Shown: positions 22,504-34,213 of the stretch, piece by piece
Layout: each line of letters begins with the position of its first letter
Position numbering within the stretch: the first letter of the stretch is position 1
Source of the DNA: Rebecca billardiae RCC1528
Lineage: Eukaryota; Protista; Haptophyta
Direction: 5' to 3'
Length of the DNA: 64,000 bases
Assembly: GCA_965240325.2 (NCBI GenBank)
Contig: OZ251243.1
Location: 868,001-932,000, forward strand
Notes under the pieces: generated by a model
Databases searched by the model: none
What the model was told of the DNA's origin: nothing
What the model saw: the letters and a program-made list of their open reading frames with translations, nothing else
Position numbers and translations under genes: made by a program

Positions 22504-24376
22504 TCAGTCGCCCGACACCGGTGCCGCCTTGTTCAGCTTCTCCACCATCGCCTGCGCGCAGGGCCGGGCGTGGGCGGCGCGGGCGCGGGCGGGCGGGCGC
22601 GGGGGGTGAGTATCGGACCGGCGGTCCGGCGGTCAGCGCGCGGCAGTCGAGTGCCCGGCTGGCCTGGGGTGGCATGCTCTTCGCAGCTCAGCGCGCCATG
22701 CGAGCTCTCCGCGCGGCCTCGTCAGCCCACCAGTGTCGTAGTGTGCCGGAGGTTGGCGCGCTCGCACGCGCGCTCGCACGCGCGCGCGCGCGGTCATGCG
22801 CGCAGCGCACCTTGGCGGACTCTGCCTCCCTGCGAGCCTCCGCGAGCATCTTCTCGAGCGACGTCTTCTCGGAGATGGCCGCGTCGAGGGTGGAGCGCAG
22901 GTTGCGCAGCTGGCGCTTAATCGCCTTCGCATCGCCACTGTCCGCCGCGTCGGCGGCCGGCGCCGCCGCTGCCGCGGGCTCAGCAGCCTTTGGCTGCGCG
23001 GTGGCCGCCGCCTTGGCCGCCGCCTGCGCGTCGGCGAGCTCTGCGCGCAGCTTGGCGAGCTCCGCCTCGGCGGAGGCAGAGGCGTTGGTGTCGGCCTTGC
23101 TCGCCGACGCCTCGGCCGCCTTCGCCGCCGTCGCCGCCTTCGCCGCCGCCTCCTTTGCCTGGGCCAGCTCAGCCATCAGAGCCTGCTCCTTTGCAGCCGC
23201 CGCCTTCTCCGCCTCGGCGAGCTTGGCGCTCAGCTCGGCGCTCGTGTCGGCGGACGCGCTCGCGGCGGCGTCGGCGGCGGCCTTCTTGGCCGCCTCGGCG
23301 AGCTTGGCCTTCTCCGCCTCCGCCGCCTCGAGCTTCGCCTGCAGCGCCTCCGCCTCGCTCTTCGCCTTCGCCGCCGCGTCCGCGGACGCGCCCGTGTCTG
23401 CCCGCAGCCGCTCGCACTCTGCGAGCACGGATGCCTTCTCGTCGACGAGGGACGAGATCTGCTCCTCGGCCTTGGCCGCGTCGGCGAGGAGCTGCTCACA
23501 CTTAGCGGCGGCCTGCGCCTTCTCCTCCGCCAGCTTCGTCAGCGCCGCCTTCGCCTCGCTCACCTCCTGCGCCAGCTTGGCCGCGGCCGCGTCCGAGTCG
23601 GCCTTCTGAGTCGAGAGTGCGTCGACCTCCTTCGCAAGCTTCGTCTCGGCGTTCTGCGCGAGCTCGAGGGAGTCCTCGAGCGCGACCTTGGTCTCGACGA
23701 GCTCCTTCAGCGCGCCCTTTGTCTCCACCAGCTCCGCCGCCTGCTTCTCCAGCTCCGCGTTCTGCGCGAGCAGCTCCGTCACGCGCGCCGCAGTCGTGTC
23801 CTTAGCACTCAGGGCCGCGCTCAGCTCTGTCGTGAGCCGCGCGCTCGCCGCCTCGAGCTCGCCGATGCGCTCGCGGCCCTTGGCCGCGTCGGCGGTGGTG
23901 CTCTCGAGCGCGGCGTTGAGCTCCTCCCCGCGCATCGTCGCCTGCGAGAGCGCCTCGCGCAGCTCCTCCTTCCGGCTGCGCTCCGTGTCCGCCTCGGCTG
24001 TGCGCGACTCGAGGAGCTGGTTGAGCCGCTCGACCGTCTGCGCGCGCACGGGCTGCTCGAGGGCCTGCTGCTGGGTTTTGCGGAAGGCGGCGAGCTCAGA
24101 CTGCATGCTCTTCGCGCTCGCGCTGCCGAACGCCATGCCGTCGCCCTTCTCGCGCAGCTCCTTGGCCGCGTCCTCGATCGATTCCTCCGACTTGATTGCG
24201 TCCAGCATCGCCTTGCGGAACGACTCAAGGGACTCGGTGGCGGCCTCGCGCCAGTCGGCGACGACGTGGGCGCGGGTGGCGACGCTCGAGCGCCGGCGCA
24301 GCGGGGCGACCCGGCTGTCGAAGCCGCACGCCGCCGCCACGAGCAGCGCGGCGGCGAGGGAGCGTGCGACGAGCAT
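22504..24376 (-). CDS. Long Ala/Glu/Lys coiled-coil protein, probably plastid-targeted
   Basis: MLVARSLAAALLVAAACG|FDSRVAPLRRRSS bipartite-like leader; heptad-rich body; intron 22552-22810; last exon AMVEKLNKAAPVSGD*. Confidence 0.75.
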
Positions 24377-24566
24377 GATTATTACGACGATGACCGGGCT
24401 GGATGCACGGCCACGCGTGCAAGCTTGGACTGCTGGAAGGATTTCGTCAGATTCTGGGACCCCCGGACTCCAGCGCGGCGGGCCGGCCGGGCGGGGCCGG
24501 GGGGGCGGCGACTCGACGAGCCGGATCACCCGACCCCCCCGTGCGCTCCTGACTCCTGTGAATAGT

Positions 24567-26458
24567 TAGGTGGGCCCACTGGCCACTGTGGGATTATAGT
24601 GGCGCAGACGGCGCGAGCTCATAGCGCGATGTTTACTTTCGTCTCGAGCTGGATTCCAGCCCCAGGAGATGGCCCCTGGCCTGCCTGATTAAAAAACCAG
24701 TGGTACATGCTGTAATTATAGGGAGTAACGGTGACCCTATTTACTTATTGGAAATGGCCTGTGACCAATGTAACGACCATGTAACGGGCGTCTTAAACGT
24801 GATATATAGGGTCGACAGACGTCACTTTGATATAGCACTTTGATGAGCTGATCATAGGTCTTCAGCAGCATGTACACCCATTGTCACATATACGGCGTAT
24901 ACTGGGCACTCTGAGAATACGGGATAACGGCCGTTACACCCGTGCGTTACATATACACCGCCATGCTGATCAGCATGGCTGCCATAGTATTTCAGAATGT
25001 TTCAGACTGCTCTCGTAGCAGCTGTACGGCGTGCGTGTGACACCTAAGATTTTTTCCAACCCTTCTACCCTCGAAGGATGAGTCTTAAGGAGCCGTGGGC
25101 AAAGATTGAGCCGCACGGAGTCGCGGCGCCAGCCCGCCGGACGTGGTCAAGGCAAGCAGGAGTGGTGCACGCGGCGCCGGGCACATCCAGCAGCCCGCAG
25201 CGTGAACACGGACAAGGTTCGTCGAATGCTCATCTGTGGCGTTCAAGGCAGGCAAGCTGCTATGATGAATGCCTTTTCTCATGCCCCGACCTAACCGCTG
25301 CTCTACACTGTGACCAAGCTGTGTCCGAGCTGTCCTCAGCTGGACCGTCCTCTGCCTAACTGTGCGCAACGGCCGCTTCGTCGCAGTGCCGAGCTCGCTC
25401 GCAGTGGTGCGCGCGCGCGTAGCTATGTGCACTCATCACCGCTTCCTGCGTGGCAGCAGGGCGAGACATGGCTCGCTGGTAAGCTGGTACGCCTGCTGAC
25501 CGTGCGCAGGCGTCGGCGGCGCCACCAACGTGCTCGGGCAGGCTCACGAAGGGCTCAAATCACTGGTGAACGGATCAACTGTACTGTCCGCAGCGAGCAC
25601 GGCGCACAGCGGATGACCAAGCAGAGGCGGGGCGACTGCTGTGCGGCCGCGCGGGGGAGTAGCTGGGCTCTTGAGGTACGCATAGAGCCACGACAGGGCT
25701 CAACAAGCGCATCAGCTGCGATCTACCCGGCTTGACGCGCAGCCCGACCTCGTGCAATCGTGTGGCTCGAGGCCCTCCAAGGGGCTCGTAGCTTCCAAAC
25801 ACCCGAGGAGCGTCGGCACTGAGAGTTGAGTCGAGGCTGGGGTGGTAACAGATGGCCCACGCATCCCCTTTGACCGCTGTTTGACCATCACATCCTTTCC
25901 CAAGTGCCCACGATCGTGTGAACAGCCACAGCGTTCGGTCACACCGCACAGACTTCCGGGGACCTGACCGACGAGGCGGGCCTCCGCAGGGCCGCAGAAG
26001 TAGCTGGGCCTTGCCAGGATACCATGCAGATGCTGTCCGAGTAACGCTCCGGAGTGTCCGAGTTGATTCGAGTGCGTCCCAAGCTCGCGTTGTGCACGCA
26101 TTACAATACCCAAAGCTCTTCCCGTGTTTGAACGCGTGACTGTCGGCGAGAGATGGCAGATCGGGAAGATGACCCAGGTATGAACCGTTCGCATGGCTCG
26201 TTTCAGAGGGCTACGCAGCACGCCACGGGCGTGCGACGCAGCGTGCCTCGCATGGCAGGCGGGCAAGCGCGGCGGACAACGCGCTGACGACGCGCACAGG
26301 TCCATCCCGGTCATCGTTTGTCGCGATCGACCGGCTTCCGGACCGGAGTTTGGCGACCTAGAAAAAGGGACTTCAGCGCGAGAAAAAAGAGCACGGCTGC
26401 GGCCCGAAAAAGCCAAAGGGATTGTGTTTTCATTTTTAAATGGCTGTGGGCCCACCTA
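24567..26458 (-). mobile_element. 1.9-kb non-autonomous TIR DNA element, copy 2 (inverted)
   Basis: Same 13-bp TIRs as copy 1; flanked by the 7-bp direct repeat GAATAGT (24560-24566 and 26459-26465). Confidence 0.87.
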
Positions 26459-26779
26459 GAATAGTACAGACGATCGGCACCGACGACGGCGACGTCCGAC
26501 CAAGGCCCTTGGTCCGACGAAGCCAGCAGACTGTGCGCAGCATTAAGGCAGCGGCGCGCCCAGTCCCAGAGCAAGGCCAGTGCCCGTGAGGCCCAGCGGG
26601 CCGGAGCCGGCGAGCCGGCCGGCCGCCCGGCGGCGCCGCGGCCGGGCCCGCCCGGGCGGGCCCCGCCGCCGGGCCGGCAGGCAGCATCCGTCGGACGTAC
26701 TCAGTGACAGTCTCAGAGTCTCAGACTCAGTGATCACTATCAGACCTGTGCCGTGCTGCTTGGATCCACATCATCCCGA

Positions 26780-28309
26780 TCAGGAGTCGAAATCCCAGCG
26801 CAGCTTGATCGTGCCGTCCTCTTGAGCGGCGAAGCCGAGAGTGAGCTCGCACACCAGCCCGGCGCACATCTTGCGCGTCGCCTCTCGCGGCTCGATCGCG
26901 CGCAGTTTGGCGCACGCGGAGTGCACCTGCTCATCGCTCAGCGCGGCGTCGGCGTCGAGCCGCGCGGCGCCGATGTGCTCCCGAGCCGCCTCAAGCTCGT
27001 TGGCGCGCGCGGCCATCACGGCGGCGGCGGTGGCTCCGCGGGTGCCGAGGAAGAGCGCGATGGCGTGTGTCGACGCGTGCACCGGCACGTACACCGTGCG
27101 CCGCGCCTGGTGCAGCCGCAGCGGCTGCGCCTCCTCAAGCACGCCGCCAGGCTCGATCACGGCCCGCCAGAGCGAGCGCGAGCGCGCGCCGTTGCCGCCC
27201 TCCGCTTCAGGGTGCGGCGAGGGCGCGGGGGCGCGGGCGGGCATGCGCATTTCGGCGGTGGCGTCGGCGAACGTCGCGTCCGCCCACGCGCGCAGGTGCG
27301 CCGCGCGGCTGCCGCGGCCGCGCGCCTCGGCCGTTACGCGCGAGAGGAATGAGGCGTAACTGTCGGCCACGCGCGTGCTGTCGAGGGGTGCGGAGACGGC
27401 CGCGAGGCACAGGGCGCGCGCGAAGGAATTTTCGAGGGCGCGGACCGCGACGAGGCGCGAGCGTCCGCGCTGGATGTCGTCGATGTCCACGCTATCCGCG
27501 AGCTGCATCAGCGACTTCCGGTGCACCAAGTGCGCCGAGACCGTCAGGTTACCCCAGCAGTCCACCGCGCCGCCCACCTCGCCAGCCGAGCCGCTCACGC
27601 GCACGTGCGCGCCGCGCAGCACGGCGCGCTGCAGCTCGGTGCTCGCCTCGAGCTGCGCGAGGATGTCGCCGAGCATGCGCGCGCGCGCGGACGGGATCCA
27701 TCGGTCCACGAGCTCGATGTGCACGCCAAAGCGCTCCCGGAGTGCCCGGCGGAGCGTGTCCGCCTCAGCGCCGTGGCGCGCGGCGTCGGCGTGCGCTGCG
27801 CGCGCCGACGCTGCGTGCTCGGCGAGGAATGCCGAGAGCGAGGACTCGCGCGAGAGCACCTTGGGCTGGCGCATGGCTGCCCAGGAGGGCATCCCACTGC
27901 CGGCACGCCGTCGCCGAGGCGGGGCGGTGAACGCGTCCGCATCCCCCGGCTTTGGCGCACCCGGGCGCGGTGGCGCAAAAGTGCTGGGCTGCGCTCGCGT
28001 CCGTCGCACCGTGGGCGGCGGCTCGATGCCGCACTGCCGCAGCAGGTAGCGCAGGTCGTCGTCGAGCGTCGCCGCGCGCAGCGTGCACGACACCTGCCGC
28101 ATCGGCTCGCCCGTGCTGCCCTCGCCGCTCGCGACGTGGAAGCTCACCGGCTCGACAGCGCCACTCGACCGGTCGTTGCGCTGCAGCATACTCTGCAGCT
28201 GCTGGAACGAGCGGAGGTTGTCCGCCTGAGCGCGCGGGTAGCCGGAGAGGCGGTCGGGGTGCACCATCTGGTAGAACTTGCGCAGCAGCCCTTTGAGCTC
28301 GGCCGCCAT
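26780..28309 (-). CDS. TCAIM-like protein (DUF4460, J-domain-like N-terminus)
   Basis: LRKFYQMVHPDRLSGYPRAQADNLRSFQQL matches the DUF4460 pattern. Confidence 0.7.
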   Translation of the reverse strand: MAAELKGLLRKFYQMVHPDRLSGYPRAQADNLRSFQQLQSMLQRNDRSSGAVEPVSFHVASGEGSTGEPMRQVSCTLRAATLDDDLRYLLRQCGIEPPPTVRRTRAQPSTFAPPRPGAPKPGDADAFTAPPRRRRAGSGMPSWAAMRQPKVLSRESSLSAFLAEHAASARAAHADAARHGAEADTLRRALRERFGVHIELVDRWIPSARARMLGDILAQLEASTELQRAVLRGAHVRVSGSAGEVGGAVDCWGNLTVSAHLVHRKSLMQLADSVDIDDIQRGRSRLVAVRALENSFARALCLAAVSAPLDSTRVADSYASFLSRVTAEARGRGSRAAHLRAWADATFADATAEMRMPARAPAPSPHPEAEGGNGARSRSLWRAVIEPGGVLEEAQPLRLHQARRTVYVPVHASTHAIALFLGTRGATAAAVMAARANELEAAREHIGAARLDADAALSDEQVHSACAKLRAIEPREATRKMCAGLVCELTLGFAAQEDGTIKLRWDFDS

Positions 28310-28501
28310 GCCGCGCGGGACCAAGCCCAACTCAAGTACTCAACACACCGCCGACGCCATCGTGTGGCCCAAGATAAAAGAGGCCAAGCACGAAGTGACG
28401 AAGCTCGATCCGCCTTCGAGTCACTCGTCGGCCGCCATCGTGATCCAATCGGCTCGCATCTCGCGCGGTCCCTTCTGGGCCGGCGCGTCAGTGCGGCTGT
28501 G

Positions 28502-29425
28502 ATGGTGCGCCGCCGTCCGCGACGGGTCTCCACGCTCGATGCCGCCCCCTGCGTGACAGCCTTCGCCCGCCACCGGATCGGGCTCGCGCTCACAGCACTC
28601 GAGGCGCGCGTGTCGGCGGTGTGCGCAGGTCCTTGTCCTCGTGCTCGGCGACTTGCACATCCCGTACAGATCAGGGGAGCTCCCCGCGAAGTTCAAAGCG
28701 CTGCTGGTGCGCTCGAGGCCGCGCATGCCACCTCCGCCACGCGCGTGCCGTCCGCGGATGACGCTTTGCGCGCCCGCCATCGTGCGCGCCACGCACGCAC
28801 GGCGCGCACCAGGTGCCCAATAAGATCCAGCACATCCTGTGCACAGGCAACATGTGCTCCAAGGAGGTGCAGGACTACCTGCGTGGCCTGTCCAGCGACG
28901 TGCACGTTGTCCGTGGCGACTTCGACGAGGTGCGTCGCCGCGGGATCGTCGCCAGCCGAGGGAGAGCGCGTGGCTCCCGACCCGACGCACGCACCCACCG
29001 CGCTCCCACCGCGGGTCGCCCCGTGAACGCTGTCGGCCCTCCGCGCGCAGAACGCCGCTCTGCCCGAGAGCAAGGTGGTGAATGTCGGCCAGTTCAAAAT
29101 CGGGCTTTGCCACGGCCATCAGATTGTGCCGTGGGGCGACCCAGAATCGCTGGGCATCCTGCAGCGCCAGCTCGACTGCGACATCTTGGTCACTGGGCAC
29201 ACGCACCGCTTCGGCTCGTTTGAGCAGGGCGGCAAGCTCTTCATCAACCCTGGCTCGGCCACGGGCGCGTTCAGCACGATCACGAGCGAGATTGTGCCCT
29301 CATTCGTGCTGATGGATTTGCAGGGGAACAAGGCGACGACGTACGTGTACGAGCTGATCGACGGCGAGGTGAAGGTCAAGAAGATTGACCACGAGAAGCA
29401 GCCGGACAGTGCAGGCGCCCCATAA
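28502..29425 (+). CDS. VPS29: Retromer subunit VPS29
   Basis: Exons 28502-28504 (ATG only), 28629-28706, 28813-28929, 29051-29425; [63 protein letters not shown]. Confidence 0.97.
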
Positions 29426-29542
29426 ATTATGTAACGCGGAAATCTTGATCTTCGGATGACGATCCCGATCGTCGTCAGGCTCTCAGGACCCGCGGCCCGA
29501 CGAGTCTTAAGCAGCCGCGCCAGCTAGTAGTATGTGCCGGTG

Positions 29543-31084
29543 TCAGCCTCGTGAGTTGTGAAGCTCCTGTGTAGCAGTGTCTGACGATGTGTCGTCATCG
29601 TCTGGGCACGTCAGCAGCGCACTGCTCACGCTGCTGCTACTCATACTGTACGCGGCTGCCTGTCGATGCGAGTGCCGCCTGCTAGTGCTAGTGCTCAGGC
29701 TGCTGCTGCTGTTGGTCGGCGGCGGTGGTGACGATGCCTGAACCAGGGCGTCGACCATGGCATGCGGCAGCTCGGCGCCGAGCTCCAGCAGCTCGTCGAG
29801 CCATGGCCCGAGTACGTGCCGCGCCTCTGCGCGCACGGCGCTCGTCACGTCCGTGCACCACGCCTGGCTCCGCACCAGGCTGACGTTGACGCGCAGGCCG
29901 CCCGTGACCTTGCTGACGCGTGAGCGCCAGCCGTCCGCAGGCGGCTTGGGCATGCGCTGGCTGTACGCGTGGCCCATAGCAGCGAAGCGGTGCTGCACCA
30001 CGCCAGCCGAGCGCTCGCTCAGCGGCGGGAGCCCCAGCCACGCGGTCAGTGCTCGCATCACTGAGACCGCGCTGGTTGCACGGTCGCCAGTGCTCCCAGT
30101 GCTCCAGGTCTCGAGAGCGAGCAGGAACACGCGCGGCGCGCCCACGCGGCGCACGAGCTCGCGCAGCGGCGGCGCGAAGCGCGCGGTCCGCCGGTCCACG
30201 TCGCCCACCCACACGCAGCCGAGCGCGATGTCCGTGAGGGACGGCGGAAAGCTGGGCGCGTGCCCGGCCGGGCAACCGCTCGCGGGCGTTCTGAGCACCT
30301 TGGCGTTGGGCGCCGGGAAGAACTGCTGCCGCACGCGGTAATTTCGGAACGAGACGATCCACGCGATCGGCTCGCGCACGCACGCGATGGCGCGCACGGC
30401 GGGGATCGTGGCTAGCCGGTCGAGCTGCGCGTTCGCGAGCACGAGCCTGGGCTGCTTGATCACCACGAGTGGCGAGCGGCAGCCAGTGTCCTTGTCCTGA
30501 TGTCCGCGAGACGGTGCACGGCAGCCGAGCCGCGAGCGCGTGGCTCGTATTGATTCGTTGATCGCGCGCTGCAGCCTGATGATGCGCTGCGTCGGGCGCG
30601 TGCACGCCTCCCGATCGCCGCCGCGGAAGAACGCCCTGTCGCTGTCGAAGAGCCCAAACGCGAACGTCTCGGCACACCGCGATGCCACGGCTGGCTCGAC
30701 GGCTGCCGAGCCGGCAGCGCGCGTGTGCAGCGGGTTCTCCGCAGAGAGGCGAAGCGGTGCACACGCGACCGCGTCGACCCCGTCGAGCATGTACTCGAGC
30801 GTGGACGTGCCCGCCTTGGGGAATGCGACGATCGCCAAGTCGACTCGCAGATCGTTCCAGCACGGTCGCCGGCTGTGACATTCGCTGAGCCCGGCGGGGA
30901 TCAAGCGCTGCCGGCACACGCCCGCGCGGCCGTGTTGGCTCGATCCGGCGGCGGCGGGGCGGGGTGCGGCGGGCTCAGGGTGGGTGAGTAGGATGCTGAC
31001 GAGAGCAACCAACGAGCAACGCACGCCAGCCTGGGCAGGCGTTTGCCTCCGGCCGGAGCACCAGCTCATCAAGTGCTCCGACAT
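29543..31084 (-). CDS. Membrane-anchored PAPS-dependent (carbohydrate) sulfotransferase-like protein
   Basis: N-terminal hydrophobic anchor (SLVALVSILL); 5'-PSB motif AFPKAGTSTL; 3'-PB motif VREPIAWIVS; start codon uncertain. Confidence 0.7.
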   Translation of the reverse strand: MSEHLMSWCSGRRQTPAQAGVRCSLVALVSILLTHPEPAAPRPAAAGSSQHGRAGVCRQRLIPAGLSECHSRRPCWNDLRVDLAIVAFPKAGTSTLEYMLDGVDAVACAPLRLSAENPLHTRAAGSAAVEPAVASRCAETFAFGLFDSDRAFFRGGDREACTRPTQRIIRLQRAINESIRATRSRLGCRAPSRGHQDKDTGCRSPLVVIKQPRLVLANAQLDRLATIPAVRAIACVREPIAWIVSFRNYRVRQQFFPAPNAKVLRTPASGCPAGHAPSFPPSLTDIALGCVWVGDVDRRTARFAPPLRELVRRVGAPRVFLLALETWSTGSTGDRATSAVSVMRALTAWLGLPPLSERSAGVVQHRFAAMGHAYSQRMPKPPADGWRSRVSKVTGGLRVNVSLVRSQAWCTDVTSAVRAEARHVLGPWLDELLELGAELPHAMVDALVQASSPPPPTNSSSSLSTSTSRRHSHRQAAAYSMSSSSVSSALLTCPDDDDTSSDTATQELHNSRG

Positions 31085-31169
31085 GAAGCGATGACGAATA
31101 AGCAGATTTGTTGGAAAATGCATGCACAGTCGTATTGACACTGGCCCAGATGCCAGAAGGGCCGGGGGC

Positions 31170-32483
31170 CCGAATTGGTCCCCCGACCTCGAGCTCGATG
31201 GCTGCCGCACGTGCGTGCCCAGCGTGCCTCGCGCGTGTACGTGCACGGTAGGGCGTCCCGACAGCGGCGGGGTGGCGTAGATGGTCGCATGGGAGGTGCA
31301 TCCGTGTGTCCGAGACGCCTCGGCGCCTCGGTGGCGTGCCCACACCTCTCCTTGTCGCCGCTTGCCTGCTGCGTGCTCGGCCAGCCGTTTGGCGTGCACG
31401 CCTGCACGTGCACGGCCAGAGACCCCTTCAGGGAAATCGTGCTCGGCTGGGGTCGCGGCTGCGCTGGCGGCTGAGGTCGGACCTCAGCCGAGCCGAGGCC
31501 GGCTGAGGTGATCTCCACATACGGGGTGAAAGCGCGAGATAGTAGGCGCCGCGCGCGCCGAGGCGCCTTGCGCCTCCTCGCACGTCGCACCGACGCGTTG
31601 CACGCGACTCACGCGGCTGCGCATCGGCGCTGAGGTACAAGGGTCCATCCGCGCCGATCGCGCGCGTGCGCACGCCCTTCCTCGCCGCTGCGGCAGGCGC
31701 ACGCGCTTCGCGAGCCGCCATGCGTGCGCTGGGAGGCAAAAGCGCACGCGCGCGGCGAGGCACGTTGAACGCCCCAGACGCAGCGATGCGTCGTATGGCG
31801 TAGCACATGTCACACGCGTGCCCTCAGCTTCGCGTGGCGCCGCGCGTGTGCACGGTCTCGGCGGTGCGCGTCGCGCGCTTTGCGCAGCCGCCAGCACACA
31901 GCCAGCTGACCCACGTGCGCCCGGCGTCGTCGAGTGGGCTGTGCACTGCGCGCACGAGGCGTGGCGCTGCGTGCCTGGCTCGTGGATGGCATGGTGCCCG
32001 CGCTCTGCGCCCCGCCTGGCGCTTGGCCAGCTATGTGTACCTCCGCGGCCAAGCTGTTCCGCGGCGTGGCAGACGGTGCGATCGCAGGGCGCGGCCGGTT
32101 CCAGCCGCCGGCTCGCCAGCCATGCGCATCGGGACATGCGGTGCCATGTCGGCCTCGCGAGCGCGCGCGGGTGTCACGTAGTGATGCAACTGCCCCTCGG
32201 CGGCCGCAGGGCGGCTCGATCCGCCCGACACTGGCCGTGCACGTGCAGGCGTGCACGCCAAACGGCTGGCCGAGCACGCAGCAGGCAAGCGGCGACAAGG
32301 AGAGGTGTGGGCACGCCACCGAGGCGCCGAGGCGTCTCGGACACACGGGTGCACCTCCCATGCGACCATCTACGCCACCCCGCCCTCGCTGTCGGGACGC
32401 CCTACTTTGCACGTACACGCGCGAGGCACGCTGGGCACGCACGTGCGGCAGCCATCGAGCTCGAGGTCGGGGGACCAATTCGG
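31170..32483. mobile_element. Foldback-type element with ~250-bp inverted arms
   Basis: 31170-31419 is the near-perfect reverse complement of 32231-32483, enclosing ~810 bp; no clear TSD. Confidence 0.8.
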
Positions 32484-33879
32484 AATCCGCCCCCCTTCTG
32501 TGGTGAAAACGAGTAAACGACCGAAGGCTCGTGGTAACTTACTAATCTGCAGCCGCACCGGCTGAGCCGGACAGTGAACGTCCGGGCAAAACGGACGCGC
32601 CACAGGCCGCACGTGAAGGCACGCAGCTCGCCTCGCGCGACAGGCGCCGTACCAAAAGGCAGTCACCCGAGCCATCGGCTCCATGGCTTGCCGAGCCAGC
32701 GGGGGAGCGCACCGAGCGCGTTTTCTTCGGTCTCACCTCACTTCCCATGCATCATCAAGTCAGTGGTCAGACGCAAGCAAGCGTCGCACTGCTAAGCATA
32801 CATAAGTTCATCAGCACAGCTGCTGTCATGGCGATAGGCCAGGCTGCCAGATTAGTGGGCCAGTGTCAATTGCAGACGAAGCGTTTTTCTACCCGACTAC
32901 AGGTGCTATGGCCTATTTCTGGACGGAAAATCCAAGTAGCTCTCACGTCCAGCCATGGCGGACTAGCCCGCCCACGATGCCACCACGCCAACCAGCGTGG
33001 AGTTAAAGGTAGGCACACGAAGTCTCATCGTCATCGGCCATCGCGTTGGTGAGCAACGTGCTCGACTTCGTCATAGCCCAGATCTGGGCACATGCCGTTT
33101 TCTGGACAAACCGTGGACGTGCGTTCGTGAAGCTGTGCGCGCATGTTGGTGGGCCAGGAATGCTTGAGACCGGACAGGAAGGGCCGCAGTAGCTCGCTGG
33201 ACTTACTTGACGACCTAGTCCAGGCATATACCACGCGTTCTCTGCTCCACTAGTCCATTCACCTGCGTTCGGTGCCTGGCACATGCTACGCGTTCTCACA
33301 AAGCACCCGCGTTGTCATGCAGCTATCTGATAGCTCAGCTCTGCACGCGATCAGTCTCATCAGCCGACCATGTGCTAGATCACCAGTTCTGTGAGCCCAC
33401 GCCCTCCTGCGACAGCGTCGCCACCCACTCCGGGGTAACCGTGCGCTGCTGCGCGCGGCCTGAAGCGGCGCGCCGTCGGCGTCGGCATGCCATGACGCCC
33501 CTGTGTCCGGATGCCGCTCGGCGCGGAGCACCGCCACCGGCCGTGACACACGAGACAGACGAGTACCCGAGCAGTCTCGTCCCGGCCGATCATCTATCAA
33601 AGACTAGGCGTGTCATCACTCCGCTGCGGCGAGTCGTTAACGACAGCTACCCCCGTGATACAAACCTACTGCTAGGGTCTAAGCGTCATCCATCGTGATC
33701 GTCGTGTCGATGTCGATGACAGCCTCCGAAGCAAGGCTGGGCGTGTGTGACGCGTCATGACGTGACGTAACGTCATGACGTCATGACGTGACGCGAGGAA
33801 TGGCGTAACGTGACGCCCGGACAGCGCTCTGCCCACGCCTGGCACACCCGGACCGTCACAGTAGTGCCACAGGCGGCTA

Positions 33880-33912
33880 CGCGCGCGCGCGCGCGCGCGC
33901 GCGCGCGCGCGC
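33880..33912. repeat. (CG)16 tract
   Basis: Uninterrupted alternating CG. Confidence 0.95.
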
Positions 33913-34213
33913 CACGGGCGGCGCGCCGCGCAGTGCTTGGACGGGCAGCGGTGCAGCGCCCACGCCCACGGCGATAGCTCGTGGATCCTCCAGCTCCACG
34001 GCCACATGGGTGCGGGAGCGGGGGCCCTCGTCGCCTTTGGGCGACGAGCCCACTGCTGTGCCGCACTGACTAACTAGATACGGGAAGGGAACCCCGGAAA
34101 CGTCAACTCGTTTTAATATCATCAATTATATTACAAGAATACATACGTAACGGACGAAACGGTACCCGCCAAAAGACGTGTTGCTATGACGCGTAAATTA
34201 CGCGTAAAACGCG

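Noticed and set aside
19375-26458. A composite transposon that carried the coiled-coil gene
   Set aside because: The outer flanks do not match, and copy 2 has its own GAATAGT duplication, indicating independent insertion.
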